Assembly (NCBI GenBank): GCA_040954595.2
Contig: CM082590.2
Location: forward strand, 6,138,001 to 6,202,000
DNA length: 64,000 nucleotides
Direction of reading: 5' to 3'
Origin: Balanoglossus misakiensis
Taxonomy: Eukaryota > Animalia > Hemichordata
The translations under genes and the position numbers were made by a program. The number at the start of each line of letters is the position of its first letter. Positions within the stretch are counted from its first letter, which is position 1. Positions 14,301 to 29,300 of the stretch are shown piece by piece. The notes under the pieces are model-generated. The model did not search any database. It was not told the origin of the DNA and saw nothing but the letters and a program-made list of their open reading frames with translations.

Positions 14301-17300
14301 GGAAGGCGTCGATCGATTTTGTGAGCACTGTGAATGCTTGGTGTGAAGTTTGAGACTCTGGAATTGCCAGCAACCACTTTATTTCGTCGATTTCAGAAAT
14401 GTTTACCAGCGAGAGCTTTCCTACCTTTAATCTCTTTATGTGTCAGTGGGGTATAGGCAGGCTAGGCCCGAACATTGCGAGAGCGCTCGTTTGACGCAAA
14501 TTCGGGAGATCGTCTAAGCTACTGATTTATCGTTTTTTAATAGTCACTTTACAATTAATAAAAAACTGAAATAGCATCTACACAAGCGCCTGTGGTTCAA
14601 AGGTCAAACTAAAATGGCGTTACATAAGCCACCGATTGTTTACTGAAGGTCAAATATAAACACTGTAAACAAACTACAACTTCAAACTTTCTTTCTAAAA
14701 TTCTGGTAATAACCTAGTCCGGCCGCAATACTAACTACGGTACTGAAACCACGAGGTTGTTTTCTCAAATATGCTCCGAACACGGCAAAGGACAAAGGCA
14801 CTTCACAGCAATAACAATGCTTTGACCTTACAAGTCATTTAACATTTAAAGGGACAAAGTCTCTCTCGCTGCCCTTTTTCCAATAATTTTGTTTGATACA
14901 AGACAGCGTTTATGTTATTCTACATGTGGATATATAGGGAATCAACGTTCGACCACACACAACTTCCATCCCACTTGCAGACATGAGAGTGAAAAACTTG
15001 CCAAAATGAATAATCAGTGTTTACCATTTTTTTCATTTGGGCTGGATTTTTAATCGCATATGCTACAAACGGGATGGAAGTTGTGTGTGGTTGAACTTTG
15101 ATTCACTGTATATCCACATGTACATTAAAGTAAACTGTGTCTTGTATCAAACAAAATTAATAAGAAAAGGGCAGCGAGAGAGAGATGCTCGATTCTGCAT
15201 CACAAAGAATGAGTTAACGTACCTGTAGGTTTCAAATAAAACTGTTCGAAAGACCAACCACACCGTCTCTGGGCCATTCCCTAACAAGAAACGCTGCAAA
15301 TTTCAAACACTTTGTCCACAAAAGTGTTAACCATCAGCGGGCTAAAACTTGACGGTCTCACATTGTTTTATATAGGAAAAGTCATTACGTGACTGAAACT
15401 TTTATCACGTGACCCTATTTAGCGGGAAATGATCCTCCCTTGGGACAGTATATCACATGACTATCACATGTTTTATTTTGTAAACCGGGTTACATATATT
15501 TTTAGACGAACGAATTCACTTTTCAGTATATCGAGTGAGCCATATATAGTGTGACCCACGCCTAACTGTTTATCTGTTCACAAATGCTCAATATAAGCCT
15601 ATAATAAGTTTCGCGATGTTGGCTAAACAGCCCTGGACACTTGCCATAACACGGTCGGTCGATGTCTTGAAAAATTATTCTGTATTTTGCATAAGGGCAA
15701 GGAAAATTTTCAGGGGATTTAACCTGACAAGTTTATTTCTCTGTATTTGTACGAATCATCTAGTGTAGGCGTTTCCGGGTAAAGTTTATTATTACCGTAA
15801 AGGGCGTATTACACAAACGGGCGTCCAGTGTAGATTTTTGGAAAGCAAAACACGTTCCGGATCTTCCGTTGCACGAGCAAAGTGGAATTAAAAAACTTTT
15901 TCGGATCTTCAGTAGCTGTGGAAATGCAGCTGTTCCACCGGGGGGAGGGGATATACTAATTCCCCGCATCTCTCTCTCCCCCTCCCGGCAGAACAGCTGC
16001 GTTTCCACAGCTGTATGTCTTCAGTCAATCTGATTAAAATCAGATGTAGGGAACGGCGACGTGTTTTTTTTATGCTGTCACCTCACACTACATCTGACCA
16101 ACTCTCAATAGAGATCCCGCTAAACTCTCGCGTTCCGACCCGGCCAATCAGATTGCGTGTTATGCCGACTAAAGAATTGCACTGGGAGATGGGAGAAATG
16201 TTGTTGTTGACTTCGAGTATCGCACAGAATACGAAAGATTGGCTTTCTCTTGTGACCAATTACATGTAATCCCATGGTATCTTTCTTTGTTTGGCGTCAT
16301 CGTATGCGAGTGGTTTTCGTAGAGCAGTGAAACGTCGAGCTGTAGCCATATACAAATGATGAACTGTCGTTGATCATTTATAAACTCTCCTAACAAGTCA
16401 TGTTCGCCCTCGTAGTCATGCTGCCAGTGACGTACTTCATGTAAAAGTTTATAAAAAATAAACCAAATTTCACTGCCATGTATCCCTAAACAATTTATGT
16501 GACAGATTTTTAAAAAAGAACGCTAACTTCGGCTAAGGAATGTCAAGTCATAGCTCCGCGTTCAGGTCTGTGTGTTCCCGACGCACCACAGCCCTGCATA
16601 AGGCCCCATAGACAAAACTGGTGCGTCTGCGGTCCGGACCCGGACGCCCGACCGCAGCTTTTTCTGTCGAAATTCGATTTTATCGAAGCAAAATCCTTTC
16701 CCTGTCTACTTCAACCGACCCCAAATATGATGCGATTAACTTCTTCTAACGTCCGTGTAACGACAGAATCTCTCCCTGGGACGGCCTTACACAAATGTAA
16801 TCGATTCTCTAACAATTTTACTGCGACTTGTTGCCACATTTCGTTGACTGGTGGAATATAGAGGTTCAGTCGTCACGCTGAACTGGCTCGAAACCATTCC
16901 CCACGCTGATTCGACTCTCGCGCCCGGGATATATGTCTGTGGTAGCTCCATGGTAACAACCGCAAGGGGCCAGGTCATGTGATTGTGGGTTGCCTATCAG
17001 GCGCCTTCTGATTGGATTAGAATCCCAGTAATTCTCGCAGAGTTCAGCGAGATCTCTATTGAGAGTTGGTCAGATGTAGTGTGAGGCGACAGCATAAAAA
17101 AAACACGTCGCCGTTCCCTACATCTGATTTTAATCAGATTGGTCTTCAGTTGACAAGTCCAGATTGCTGGCTGTTGGGAAGCCCTACAAGTTCAACAGTA
17201 CGATCGCAATGTTCCTGTTAGAATTTGGCTTGCCTTTGCCCCATATTACCGAAGTCACACGTTATTTTATTTTATATACCTTCCCACCAAATGTTGCCGA

Positions 17301-20300
17301 AGTTGATGACTGTGTAGGTAATAGTGAAAATCCCACTGTCACCGCGTTTCATGAGATATAATTTGTTTCCTGATGCGCGCCTGTCACTTGCCTACTCCAA
17401 AGATATTTGTCAAATCCCTGAAACAAACTTTCTGTTTGGCAGCCATAAAGCAAATGCAAACTTGACATTCAGATGTGTATGAGTATACATGTACATACGG
17501 TCATAACTCTGGCTTCGCTGGAGCATTTGCTGCTTTCAGTTCATGCCGAGTGCTGAGTTCTGTGTTGGGTTGTGTCGTATGTTTGTGTGTACCGATGCAT
17601 TAATTACTTAGATGACTTTGGTTGCGCTAAAGGTTCAGAGCGTGCAGATGCAGTTTTCAACACATTACACACTCAGTGCGTTGCATCCGTCATTTGAGCG
17701 TGCAAGAGTCCATCGAGACGGCTGAACGCTGTTCCCTCCACCCCTTGCATGATATTTCTGGACCGCTTCGCTGCATCGCTTTTTGTCTCAAGGCGACCAT
17801 CTTTGCCCGGCGATTTGTCTATGGTATTTCCCCAGACCCTCTTTCTGGAGCGCCCAACGGAAGAAGCAGAGGGCTCTGGGTAACCGAGACTACTTGCCTG
17901 ACAGACCTCGCCACCCGTCGACGTCGCAGCCAGGCACACGAAGTGTGTCACAAGTGGTGTCGCTGTCTCCGATGCTCGATTCTTGTGGCTTCACCGCTCG
18001 TGGCGCACTTCGTGTAGCTATGCCGTCGAATGACAGAGAGAGAGGTCTGGCTCGCGAGACTAAAAAAGGTTGTCTAGCTGAAGTCCACCATAATCATTTG
18101 AATGTCAATAGTGGTTCTGCATATTTCTTACCTTTCATGCATAATTGGCGTTCTTTGATTGGCTAATTCCAATGCTCTTTTAAGGGGTAATGAAACTGCT
18201 GTCTAGGCTTTTATAAAATTTAGATCATTGTCAGTTTGGGGGTATTGTACAGAGGGCATCTTCAAATGAAAACAACACACGCACGTATCATAAATCTTAA
18301 ATAAAGAATACCTGTGGTGATAATGTACCCTCAAAGGACACTGCCCTATCACCACATCATGCATTCATGTTCATTTCTTGGGGGACTGGGGATGTATCCT
18401 ACTATTAATTAATCCCCCCCTCAAAAAAACACAAAAAAACAACAACAACAACAACAACAACAAAGTTTCGGCAAAACATGTTGTGCCATCTCAAAAATGA
18501 ATGTTTCAGAATGTGTGTTACAGTGCATGCTTAATGAAACATTGCGTGTTCCAGTTGAAGGTTATAGTCAGGGATGCTCAGTGACACATTTTTGTTGTAT
18601 TCCCACAGGAAGGTTGGGCACCGTTACACTATGCAGCAGCCAATGGCCATGGTGGCGTGGTGAAACTTCTACTGCAATCCAATGCCAGCGTCGATGTGCA
18701 GGATAATGTAAGTTACTGTAATCACACTAATTCTATTCTACACTCACACATCAGTGGACACGTTTTGTTATCAATAACACACATTTTTGAACATAGGTAA
18801 ATAAAACTATAGTTAACGACTATTCTTCTGCCTTATTCCCAACAACACAGACTTTACAACCTATTTTAAAAATGACAGCCTGTCTCATTAATTATGGATT
18901 GTTACAGCATGATTTAAAAAAAGAAATCAATCAATCATTATGAGCAAGAAGTAATGTTTTTTTATTTAATGAGCAAAGAGTGTTGTTTATTTTGTTGAAT
19001 GTGAGATGAAGATCAGAAAATTTATATTATTGTAAATATAAATGTGTATTGTAATATAGGTAAAATAAATGAGAGACCCTTCTACTGATAAAAGCATGAA
19101 AGAAATCCTCTATTCCAGTTCTGACCAATAAATATATAGCCTGCCACACCGCATTAAAATAAAAAAACTGGTTATAGAACGGAAGCTTTCATCGCGCTGC
19201 GCTTGTGTGCATTGTTTGTTGGAAAAAAATTGCCTACAAATCCCTGAAATTCTATTTTTAGAATTATTTTTTTGAATGCACAAAGCAGCCCACTGTAGCG
19301 TAGACTGGGCATGACAGCAACTGAACATCTAGTAGGTCGAGGCGACTGCAGTGGGGATTGCGCTGGTGTAGGAGGACGTGTATCATCCATTCAGAGCGCT
19401 CGACGCGACGACCACTCAAGCTAGAGAAGCCAGCCTTGCTAAGACTCAAATCTGCGTTAACCAGGCCCTGCATTCCATTGAGCTTGGCACGTCGGTTAGA
19501 TTCCGCTGATAAACCTTATCACACTTTTGTCCGATACCAAGTATTTAGTCAGTCAGCTTGTTGTAGAGACGACTGCAACAGGTGGTACAGGCGCTTGAAT
19601 CGCACCATTGATGACACGAGTATATCGACTAAGCCCTATACATGTATAGTGTGACCTACGCCTAACTGTTTATCTGTTCACAAATGCTCAATATAAACCT
19701 ATAATCTAATTTTCGTGATGTTGGCTTAACAATCATGGACACTTGCCATAACGCGGTCGGTCGATGTCTTGAAAAATCATTCTGTATATTGCATAAAGGC
19801 AAGGAAAATTCAGGGGGATTAAACCTGACAGTTTATTTCTCTGTGTTTGTACGAAGACATGAAATCATCTAGTGTAGGCGTTTCCTGGTACAGTTTGTTT
19901 TTACAGAAAAGGGTGTATTATGCAAATGAAGGGGGAGCTAGTGAAAGACGTAGATTTTTGGAAAGCAAAACATGTTCCACATCTTCCGTTGTACGAAGAA
20001 TGGAATGAAAGTAAGTGCAAATTTCTGAAAATCCAACATTTTCAGAGTTTGGATAAGTAGTTGTGGAAATGCAGCTGTTCTGCCCGAGGATATGCTAATT
20101 CCGCGCATTGCTGGCTGCTGGGAAGCCCTACAAGTTCACCAATAATATCGCAATGTTCCTGTCAGAACTTGGCTTGCCACGTATTGCTGTCACCATGCGT
20201 TATATTAAATATATTAAATTTTATATTAAATACTTTTCCACCACGTGTAGGTAATATTGAAATCACGCCGTATCCGCGTTCCATGAGAAATAATCTGTTT

Positions 20301-23300
20301 CCTGATGTTTGCCTGTCACTTGCCTCCTCCGACGTTATTTGTCAAAATCCCGAAACGACTTTTCTGCATGGCGGCCGTGTATGAGTCTACATGTACATGC
20401 GGTCATAACTCTGGCTTTGCTGGAGCATTTGCCTATTTCAGTTCATGCCGAGTGCTGAGTTCTGTGTTGGGTTGTGGCGTCTGTTTCTGTGCGTACATGA
20501 ATGTGTGTTCCTAGCCCTGCGTACAGGTCTGTGAGTTCCCGGCGGTAGGCGACCGGTGGAGGCCGTGTAACGCCGGGAACGCAAGCGAACAATGGGGAAG
20601 TGGTCGACTTCTATTGGACGTAACGCTAACGCTTTTTACTACTGTATAATTAAACTAGTGTTAAAATAGTTGCCATGGCCACCCTTTAACGTTAACAGAT
20701 ATTTAGTGGCTCTCTATCGGAATTTGTCTATTACACATAAACACCCATCTGAGCCACTCGATATGAAAATTTTGGTTACGCCGCCCTCACTATAAGCGGC
20801 AGTCCTACTGACAATATGATGCTCGTGCTCGTACTATCACTATCGTAATGCCGTCTTATGTCAGTCTCAGCCCCACGAGAACTTAAAGTTGAACATAAGA
20901 AAACCATGAAAATTGTCCCGACTGTCACATTCCAATACTCAAGTAAATTCCAACCAGAGGCGTGGTTTGCATACAGTAGATTTGTGAAGATTCCTCCGTT
21001 CATAAAACGTGATGAAACAGTTTTCACATGTATAGAAATGATTTAACACAAGGCTTTTCCTTGTAGAAATAGCTACCGTGTGTTCCATCTGTTTGTTTTG
21101 TGTATAAGAATATCATTTTCAGTGCAGACGGATCTGACCAGTACAGTCGGTGGGTTAAAGCAGTGGTACTCTTGAAGTCTATCTAATATTTCACTTTGTT
21201 TAATAACCTCTTATTATGTTTGAATTGACACCAAATATCAGTTCGGATTATCTCAAAATAGAGAGATTTGAGTGTGCACACAGTGCCACTCGCGCACGCG
21301 TAATAGTTATCAGTGGTTGCATGGCGATCGCAGTCATGTTATATCTGTACATGCATCGCTGTAAACTTACAGTGGACAGTGATTGTTTGTTTGTTGTTGT
21401 TGATGAAATGATGATGATGATGATGATGATATTTTAAAAACACAATGAAGCATTCCTTGCTGTTGTTTGTCGATGTTGTAAATAACTTTTAAAGAAGATC
21501 GCCCAACGTTGTATGGTCGCCCAGCGTCACTCCTGAGTACAATAAAGAGAAGGGCTGAATCGAGATGCCCGGCTCCAGGCTACATCCTTCAAGGTCCTGT
21601 AAAAACACCCCATCAACGACCGATCGATTGAAATATGCCACCATAGGCACTGAAATATTTTCGTAAAGGTGATACTGAGATATTCGACTTTGACATTAGA
21701 AATGGCCACACCAAAAGAAACTTTCGTTCGGGAAGGCTAAAATCCTAAGATTTATCTTACGGTCCAATATTCTTATCGACAGATTAAGCCGCAGGACACT
21801 TTTCCCCATAGTGGTAAAATATCCGGCATTTACACATAAGGCGAATTTATGTAGCAACATTCTCAACAATCCATCGGAAACAATATTGCTTCTCTGATGT
21901 AAAGGTTGTTGTACACATGAACCATTAATCATAACAATTGTCATGGTGACCCATTGAAAAGTTTATCACTAGTGATATGAAAGGTCTTGTAATAATAAAT
22001 AACAAAATCAACAGTTTTCTATTTAATGTGCACTATTACGTAAATCTTCAAATAAAGCCCGAAAGAGTACCGGATTGCTTATTATGATTCATAAGAATGC
22101 CACATTCATTAACTAGTACTGCAGTGTTGATGTCTGATATGTCTTTGTATTTTACAGAATGGTGACACAGCTATACACCTGGCATCAGAGTGGGGTCGGG
22201 AAGGAGCAGCACTGTTATTACTGAAAGCCAAATGCTCTGTCAACATACAAAACAAGGTAAGTTAGAACCAACCTCAGTGCACAAGGTGATGTTAGCGTTA
22301 TAGATTGAGTTTTTTTGTGGCTTTACTTTGGGGACAAGTTTTCGTTTAAAGGTATTGTGTGTGTTAGTATGTGCGGGTGTTGTCTGTGTGTGTCGCAGAA
22401 ACGTTTGATGATTAGAAAAAACAATTTATTGGGGTCGGATCGTATGTTCAATTTGCATCCTTCCCACCTGCACCCGTTGAAGTTATTTTGAAAAATATGC
22501 CTAAAATTTCTGATAACAAAACGATGTGTTTTGATTTTGACGATATTGACGAGGAAGTAATTTGAGAATCGCGTAAGTTTAGGGTGAAGCAGCAGCTCTT
22601 CATTGTTGTGATGAGTTTGCATCGACGTACTTTCTGTAAATGGTGAGGTAGATCCCTGGCGCGGTTTACACAGTGAAGCGTAAGGCTACCCGTCACGTTT
22701 GCTTTATTCTCCTGTCTATACAGAAGCTGGCCGAGAATTTCTGGGGAGAGTGGAAACATTACTAATTTCGTTTGGTGATTTCCTGTCATTTAGTGGAAAC
22801 TGTGACCACAGTGGAACTGTCTGGGTAGTTTGGTCCTTAGCTGTAGTGTTAAGCTCAACTCCCTTTTCTCTCTTCTGACGAGGGATTTGATATGTTGAGG
22901 ATTTTGCCCGAAATTTGCGTGAAATATGGCGGTCCGGGGCGACTTTTTAATTTGCATTGTGGACATACTGACTCTTCCTGTTTAAGTTTCGCACGTAGGC
23001 AAGAATGTCGTCTCTTTCTGGAAATATTCACGTACATTCGCGAAATTCCAACGTTTATCACCCCGTTTTCCGTTGATGTTGTCGGGTACAACAGGTGGAT
23101 GGTCATTGGCCGTGAAAGTACATAAGATTATTCTGACTCCCCAACATACTGGCTGACTTTGTGAAAATGATTTTTGTTTTGTATCTATTCAATAGCGTTG
23201 AAGTTGGAGACAATATAGCTTTAAACATCCAAACCACGTGTACAGTATATACCAGCAGGGTTTTGTCATTTTATTACTGTGTTTTTTTTCATAAATGGGT

Positions 23301-26300
23301 AATTCGGTAACTTTTGACACTTTAGAAGTAATTTGTGATATGCTCCAAATATTTGTCGGTCGGGCCTATTTAATATTTTTCTATTGACCTTATCACGGTG
23401 TCAGAGTTAAATTGGATAACATTGATTCTTGTTTTGTTTTCATTCAATGGCGGTGAAGTTGTAGACAACATAGCTTTAAACATCCAAACCACGTGTACAC
23501 CAGTGGGGAATGGTCATTTTATTACCGTGGTTTGTTTTCATCGGTAAGATCGGTGGCTTTTGACAAGAGAAATTTGTAAAATGTTTGTCGATGGGGCATA
23601 TTTAATATTATTCCATTAATGTAATAAAAATGACGGTGTATAGACTTAAATTTGAAAACATTTAATTTCTTGAACCGGAAACTTAAAGCAAATTTCGACG
23701 TCTTGAGAACAGGAACCTTTACATGATTAATTTATTAAGCTGTTGAATCGGTGAGCAATGGTTGGAAAGTGTTATTCTAGGATTGCCTCCTTATGCAAAC
23801 TTTGTTAAAATTTCACAATGACTGACAATACTGCATGGTCACACCAAAATGGTGTCAATAGACTCAAAGCCTGTCGCTGGGTTAATTTTACGGCACAATA
23901 ACTGATGAACCGCACTTGCTTCTTTCCCGTCATGTTTCCTTCTCAGTAAAAAAATCAAAATACGTTTAGAATGTGGAATATAAAAACTGCATCGAGTGTG
24001 TTGGATGAAATTTATCGCGGATTCTGTTGGACATTGTCTCACTGTTATTGTTTTTATCAGCATCTATGTCACTTCGACGTTAGTACGCTGACATTGTTTC
24101 AGAGTCATCAAAATCCTATTCCAGGGACAACACCATCCATGTTAAAGCTGACACCTCCCTAACACGTGAACGAAACGAAATTCCTTCCTACTTTGATACG
24201 ACACAGATGTTAAACACAATATTGCTAATGTGACTTCCCTAATGGTGAAGGACCCACTGCAGCTTAAGATTGGGCTCTCCAATCACAGAATCACGGGTCC
24301 AAACCTTTCCACAGCAGTTGTGTTCGTGTTCTTGAGCAAGGAGATATCCTTCTAGTTGCTTCTCCCAACACAGGAGTAAAAGGGAAGGACTGCAGAGATT
24401 ATGATTAGTGGTGTGTTTGGCTCGATAACGTTAATTGTGGCTGCCAAGTAGGTATGCTGACATTGTTGCTTTATAGTCAAGTGATATTAGATCTGGAAAA
24501 AAACACTCGCCATATATATCTCCACAGAGTCCTATCATGTCAGGGCATACTTATGTATAAAACGAAAACCTTTGCGATTTTGAGCGCCACATTGTCGTCA
24601 AATATTTTATTGCTACAAGGGTATTGCTAGAATAAAAACGATAAATATCCACGCAGATCACTCAAAAATGTTCAAATGCACTTGTATCAACTTCGGGTTC
24701 TTTCATTCTGCTGGAAATTTCGAACTTGTCAGATTAAAAAAACTTATATTTGTTGTAGTTGTCGAAGACAGTTTGCTGTAATAAGTATCGAGGTCCAACT
24801 TGTACATTTTGGACACGACAACTGTTTCAAGATTTTAGAGTACCGGTACTAGTAAATATTGCACAATAACAGAATATCATGAATTCTGCACATGACATAT
24901 GATACAGACCTTAGTGATGTTTAGGAAGGATGCGATTTATTCTACAGCTGTAGTTTTCAAGTGTAAAGCGATCGTGAAATTTAGTCGAACATTTTGCTTC
25001 ACGGGTCATGAATGTCTGACAAGTTGTTCAATGACAGAGGGAATAGTTTACAATGTACCGAACTGAACTCACTATATGCAACATTTACTGCACATGGTGA
25101 CCGTTTTTAAGCCTAGCCAGTTTAAAAGTTTCTCATTCATATATGGATCACAATCGACTTGTTTTAGGTATTCACTATTCTTGAATGCCAGATCACAGGC
25201 AAAGTCCTTCTGTCACAGGGCATATGTACATTCATTTACGCCGCCTACGATCGATGATTGTCAAATTATGTTTCTTCCGATCCTGGTTGCTTATAGTGCA
25301 TCTTCCTTTTGCCGTTGGTGGCGGCATTGAAGGATAACAGACTATCCGCCAGCCGACAGTGAGACTTTACGTAAACTGAAACTGAGGAAAGCACCGGATC
25401 ACAGGGAATGTGTTTGCATTGCATCAACGATGAGGCGCAAATTTGAGTTTCTTCTGATTATGGCTACTTAGTACAACACCCTTAATCGTTGGCAGCGCTA
25501 TTTGAGGATAAAATGTTATCTGTAGCCTCTAGACATGTAGACTGAAAGCGAGGAAAGCATCAGATTGGACAGGGACATTGTTACCGATCGATAAGAAATA
25601 TTTTTTTATATTTCAGATAAAAGTAACGGAATTATCATTGAGTTGCCATCATTTCTTAAACACTTTGTCTAGAAGTTTGCTTTCAGGCCCATGTGACCAC
25701 TGGAAGCTGACCGTGGATATCTGTAAATTTATTATTAGTTTCATTTAAAGAAGGTCATTTCCACCACTCTGCCAATAACACTTATGTTCCATGTGTTCCA
25801 TATTATTAAAGAATTGTGCATTCAGGTTCTAGTCTTCATTTACCTAATCACATCGAAAATATCATCCAACCACATTTTCCAGGACCCGCAACAAATCCCG
25901 ATCTAAATATCAGCTACTGGAAAGCCCAATACATTAACACAGATTCTGCATGTGGCCATTAAAACATTGCGTCTTCATTTTGACAGAATGGTGACACTCC
26001 TTTACACAGTGCAGCAAGCAGGGATCATGTGAATACAGTGAGGTTACTGTTGGAATACAAGGCTGATGTCAACATACAAAATAAGGCAAGTAGTACTTTT
26101 GTAATCTTTATTTATCATTTGAATCAGTATGCGCTTGCGAGGTTTGTAACTTGTCCCAAGTTTGTAAGCAAAGTTTGATACACATTTTGAGCAATTGCTT
26201 GAGAGCAATTGTATGAAGCTTTAATCAGTAATTAAGGTATGCCTCAGAACAGATACAAAGACATGAATACAGATTCTGTATGTGGCCATTAAAACATTGT

Positions 26301-29300
26301 GTCTTCATATTTGGCAGGAAGGCGACACGCCTATACATGTTGCAGTAAGGAATGACGATGTGAATATAGTGAGGTTACTGTTGGAATACAAGGCTGATGT
26401 CAACATACAAAATAAGGCAAGTAGTATTTTTGTAATCTTTATTTATCATTTGAATCAGTATGCGCTTGCGAGGTTTGTAACTTGTCCCAAGTTTGTAAGC
26501 AAAGTTTGATACACATTTTGAACAATTGCTTGAGAGCAATTGTATGAAGCTTTAATCAGTAATTAAGGTACGCCTCAGAACAGACACAAAGACATGAACA
26601 CAGATTCTGCATGTGGCCATTAAAACATTGTGTTTTCATTTTCACAGAGTGGCGACACTCCTTTACACAGTGCAGCAAGCAAAGATCGTGTGAATATAGT
26701 GAAGTTACTGTTGGAATACAAGGCTGATGTCAACATACAAAACGAGGCAAGTAGATGTGGATATTTGTAGATTTATTATTAGTTTGAATATTAAATGAAG
26801 GCCATTTCCACCACTCTGCCAATAACACTTATGTTCCATGTGTTCCATATTATTAAAGAATCGTGCATTCAGGTTCTAGTCCCTTATCACATCGAAAATA
26901 TCATCCAACAATTTTTTTTAGGACCCGCAACAAATCCCGATCTAAATATCAGCTACTGAAAAGCCCAATACATTAACACAGATTCTGCATGTGGCCATTA
27001 AAACATTGCGTCTTCATATTGACAGGAGGGCGACACTCCTTTGCACAATGCAGCAAGCAGGGATCATGTGAATACAGTGAGGTTACTGTTGGAATACAAG
27101 GCTGATGTCAACATACAAAACAAGGCAAGTAGTATTTCTGTAATCTTTTCACGATACTGCGCTGTTGGTTGTGACTTTGGTGTATTTACTGTCCGTTTGC
27201 AGTAAAATATCGTCCAGTTGAACAGGTGTTAAGCCTGTGTATCGCTTTGAAGCCATATAGATGCGGGAGTTGACTGATCGTGAAGGAAGCCATTGAACGA
27301 CAGTTTGTTAAGCGCAGAAGTTGCGCGCAGAACACCAAAACAACCCAGCGGGCGATATCAGCGCACGCGACAGGGCTTTATCAACTCTAGCCATGTTATA
27401 TCACTTTTTTTTCTATATCACGTGAGCGCGTCTCAGCCAATCACGAATACGGTATAATACGTGAGGTGTAATAATCACTGTTAAATGTCTTCTTATATTT
27501 TAGTATGGCAACACCCCTTTGGATGTATCAGTAGAAAGGTTAAAGGTATGTATTTATTTAGTCAAGATATGGCGGTGGTAGTGTATCCTTGATCAAAACA
27601 CTTGGTCAAAGACAAAACACCACCGCATATTCTTGCAATTGCTTCTTAACACTCGTTGAATAAATGGAATAAATGGTGCTTGTTAGGACACACATTTTAA
27701 TGTCAGAGTTCAAGCAATTTTACAGCCCGGGAACTTGAATGGAATTAAGGGACTGTTCAGTATTTACGGCTGGTGGCGGCAAGTTTGTGTCATCGGTTTT
27801 CAAAATCAGGCAGACCCCCCCCCCTTCACCCAGGAACAAAATGATGACCCCCACCCCTGAAAACATTACACAACTACTCGTGGAGGACAAAAAGCTTGCC
27901 TCCAACAGCCTTCTCACTGTCCTGATCTTATGAACACTGTATGCAATAAAGGCAAAGAGGTTCCCCACATCTCAATTATAAATTTCTAAGTATAGTGTTG
28001 CAATTGTCATGTCATGTTGTTTTGTTCCGGTCTGTGCTGACTGTTGTACAGTGGAAATGTGTGTTCTTTTTCAACTCTTGTCGCTATGGTTTCCTTTCAC
28101 AAAAATACACCAGAAAACAAACACTAAACACAATTGACATAGATCCATTACAGAATGGATCACACAAAACTTCAACAAAAGTAGAAAAACACACACATTT
28201 CCACTGTACAAGGGGAGTAGGAAGCAATTTCATGGTTAGGCAAATGAAACCAACATTCTGGTGTTGAATAGCTTACAATGGAGTTTACCATATATGAATA
28301 AATCAAAAACCTATGAACATTACAACATTACAACAGTTGGTAGAATTGATAAACTAAGAGAAGAGAAGGGAGAGGGTGTGGGAGGGGGTTTCCCCCTCCC
28401 ACAATAGAAATGTTTGTAAAATACGGTGCTCAAAGTTACATTTACTTAATGTTGGGGAGGACAAATTTTACTTTTGCCGCTCAAAGTTAGCATCTGTGCG
28501 TGTGTGTAGTGGGGGGAGGTGATGACAAGTACTCTGTCCTGGTACACTAAAACAACCAGCCAATAGATGAAATGTGGCGAGGAATGAAGGGGATGGGTGT
28601 GGGAGGTGGTGTCCCCCTGCCAAATCAGAAAATTTTGTAAAATAAAGGGCTTGAAACTGTATTTTTGTGGACTCAAAAGCAAAAGTTGGGGGGGGGGCAA
28701 AAGTATGTGACCCCCTGCCAAATCAGAAAATTTGTAAAATAAAGGGCTTGAAACTGTATTTTTGTGGACTCAAAAGCAAAAGTTGGGGGGGGGGGGGCAA
28801 AAGTATGTGACCCCCTTAAATGTTTCAGAAAAAGATGACCCCCTTTTGGATTTCAAAATTAAAGTGACCCCCCTTGTTTTGCCGCCCTGACCATAAAAAG
28901 TGAACTGTCCCTAAATAAGCTCAAAAAAAACCTACTTTGGATAAAATGCTGCTTACAGACTACTGCAGGTTCTATTCAAAACAAACGCAGGATTAGACAT
29001 GTGATGATTGATTCATTTATAACTGTGTTGTTGTTGTTTTTCTATTTGGAGCTTTATTTTACGATTTCACATTTAAAAAGTTGCTTAAAATTATCGCTTT
29101 TCTCAATACGATTCAACTGCGCATGCGCAGTGATTCGAGTTTCCGGAAAATCGATCATAGTCATAGTTTCACACAAAGACAATCATGAGATAGCATTCCA
29201 GACTCTTCACCGCTATTAAGATATGATCAATCGAATAAGAGGATCCAGAGTAATGTTTACTTCCTTATTTGTTATCAAAGTCTAAAACCTTCTAATTATC

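Larger units (their letters stand above)
25712..27140 (+). repeat. Tandem exon+intron duplication array (ankyrin exons 6-9)
   Basis: Exon spacing 331/330/378 bp; introns 6 and 7 are ~95% identical; 25712-25986 is repeated at 26757-27025. Confidence 0.95.

Noticed and set aside
21500-23130. Coding-looking ORFs in introns 4 and 5
   Set aside because: No recognisable domain in the frames I read, and the copy 2 counterpart has deletions; probably decayed mobile DNA.
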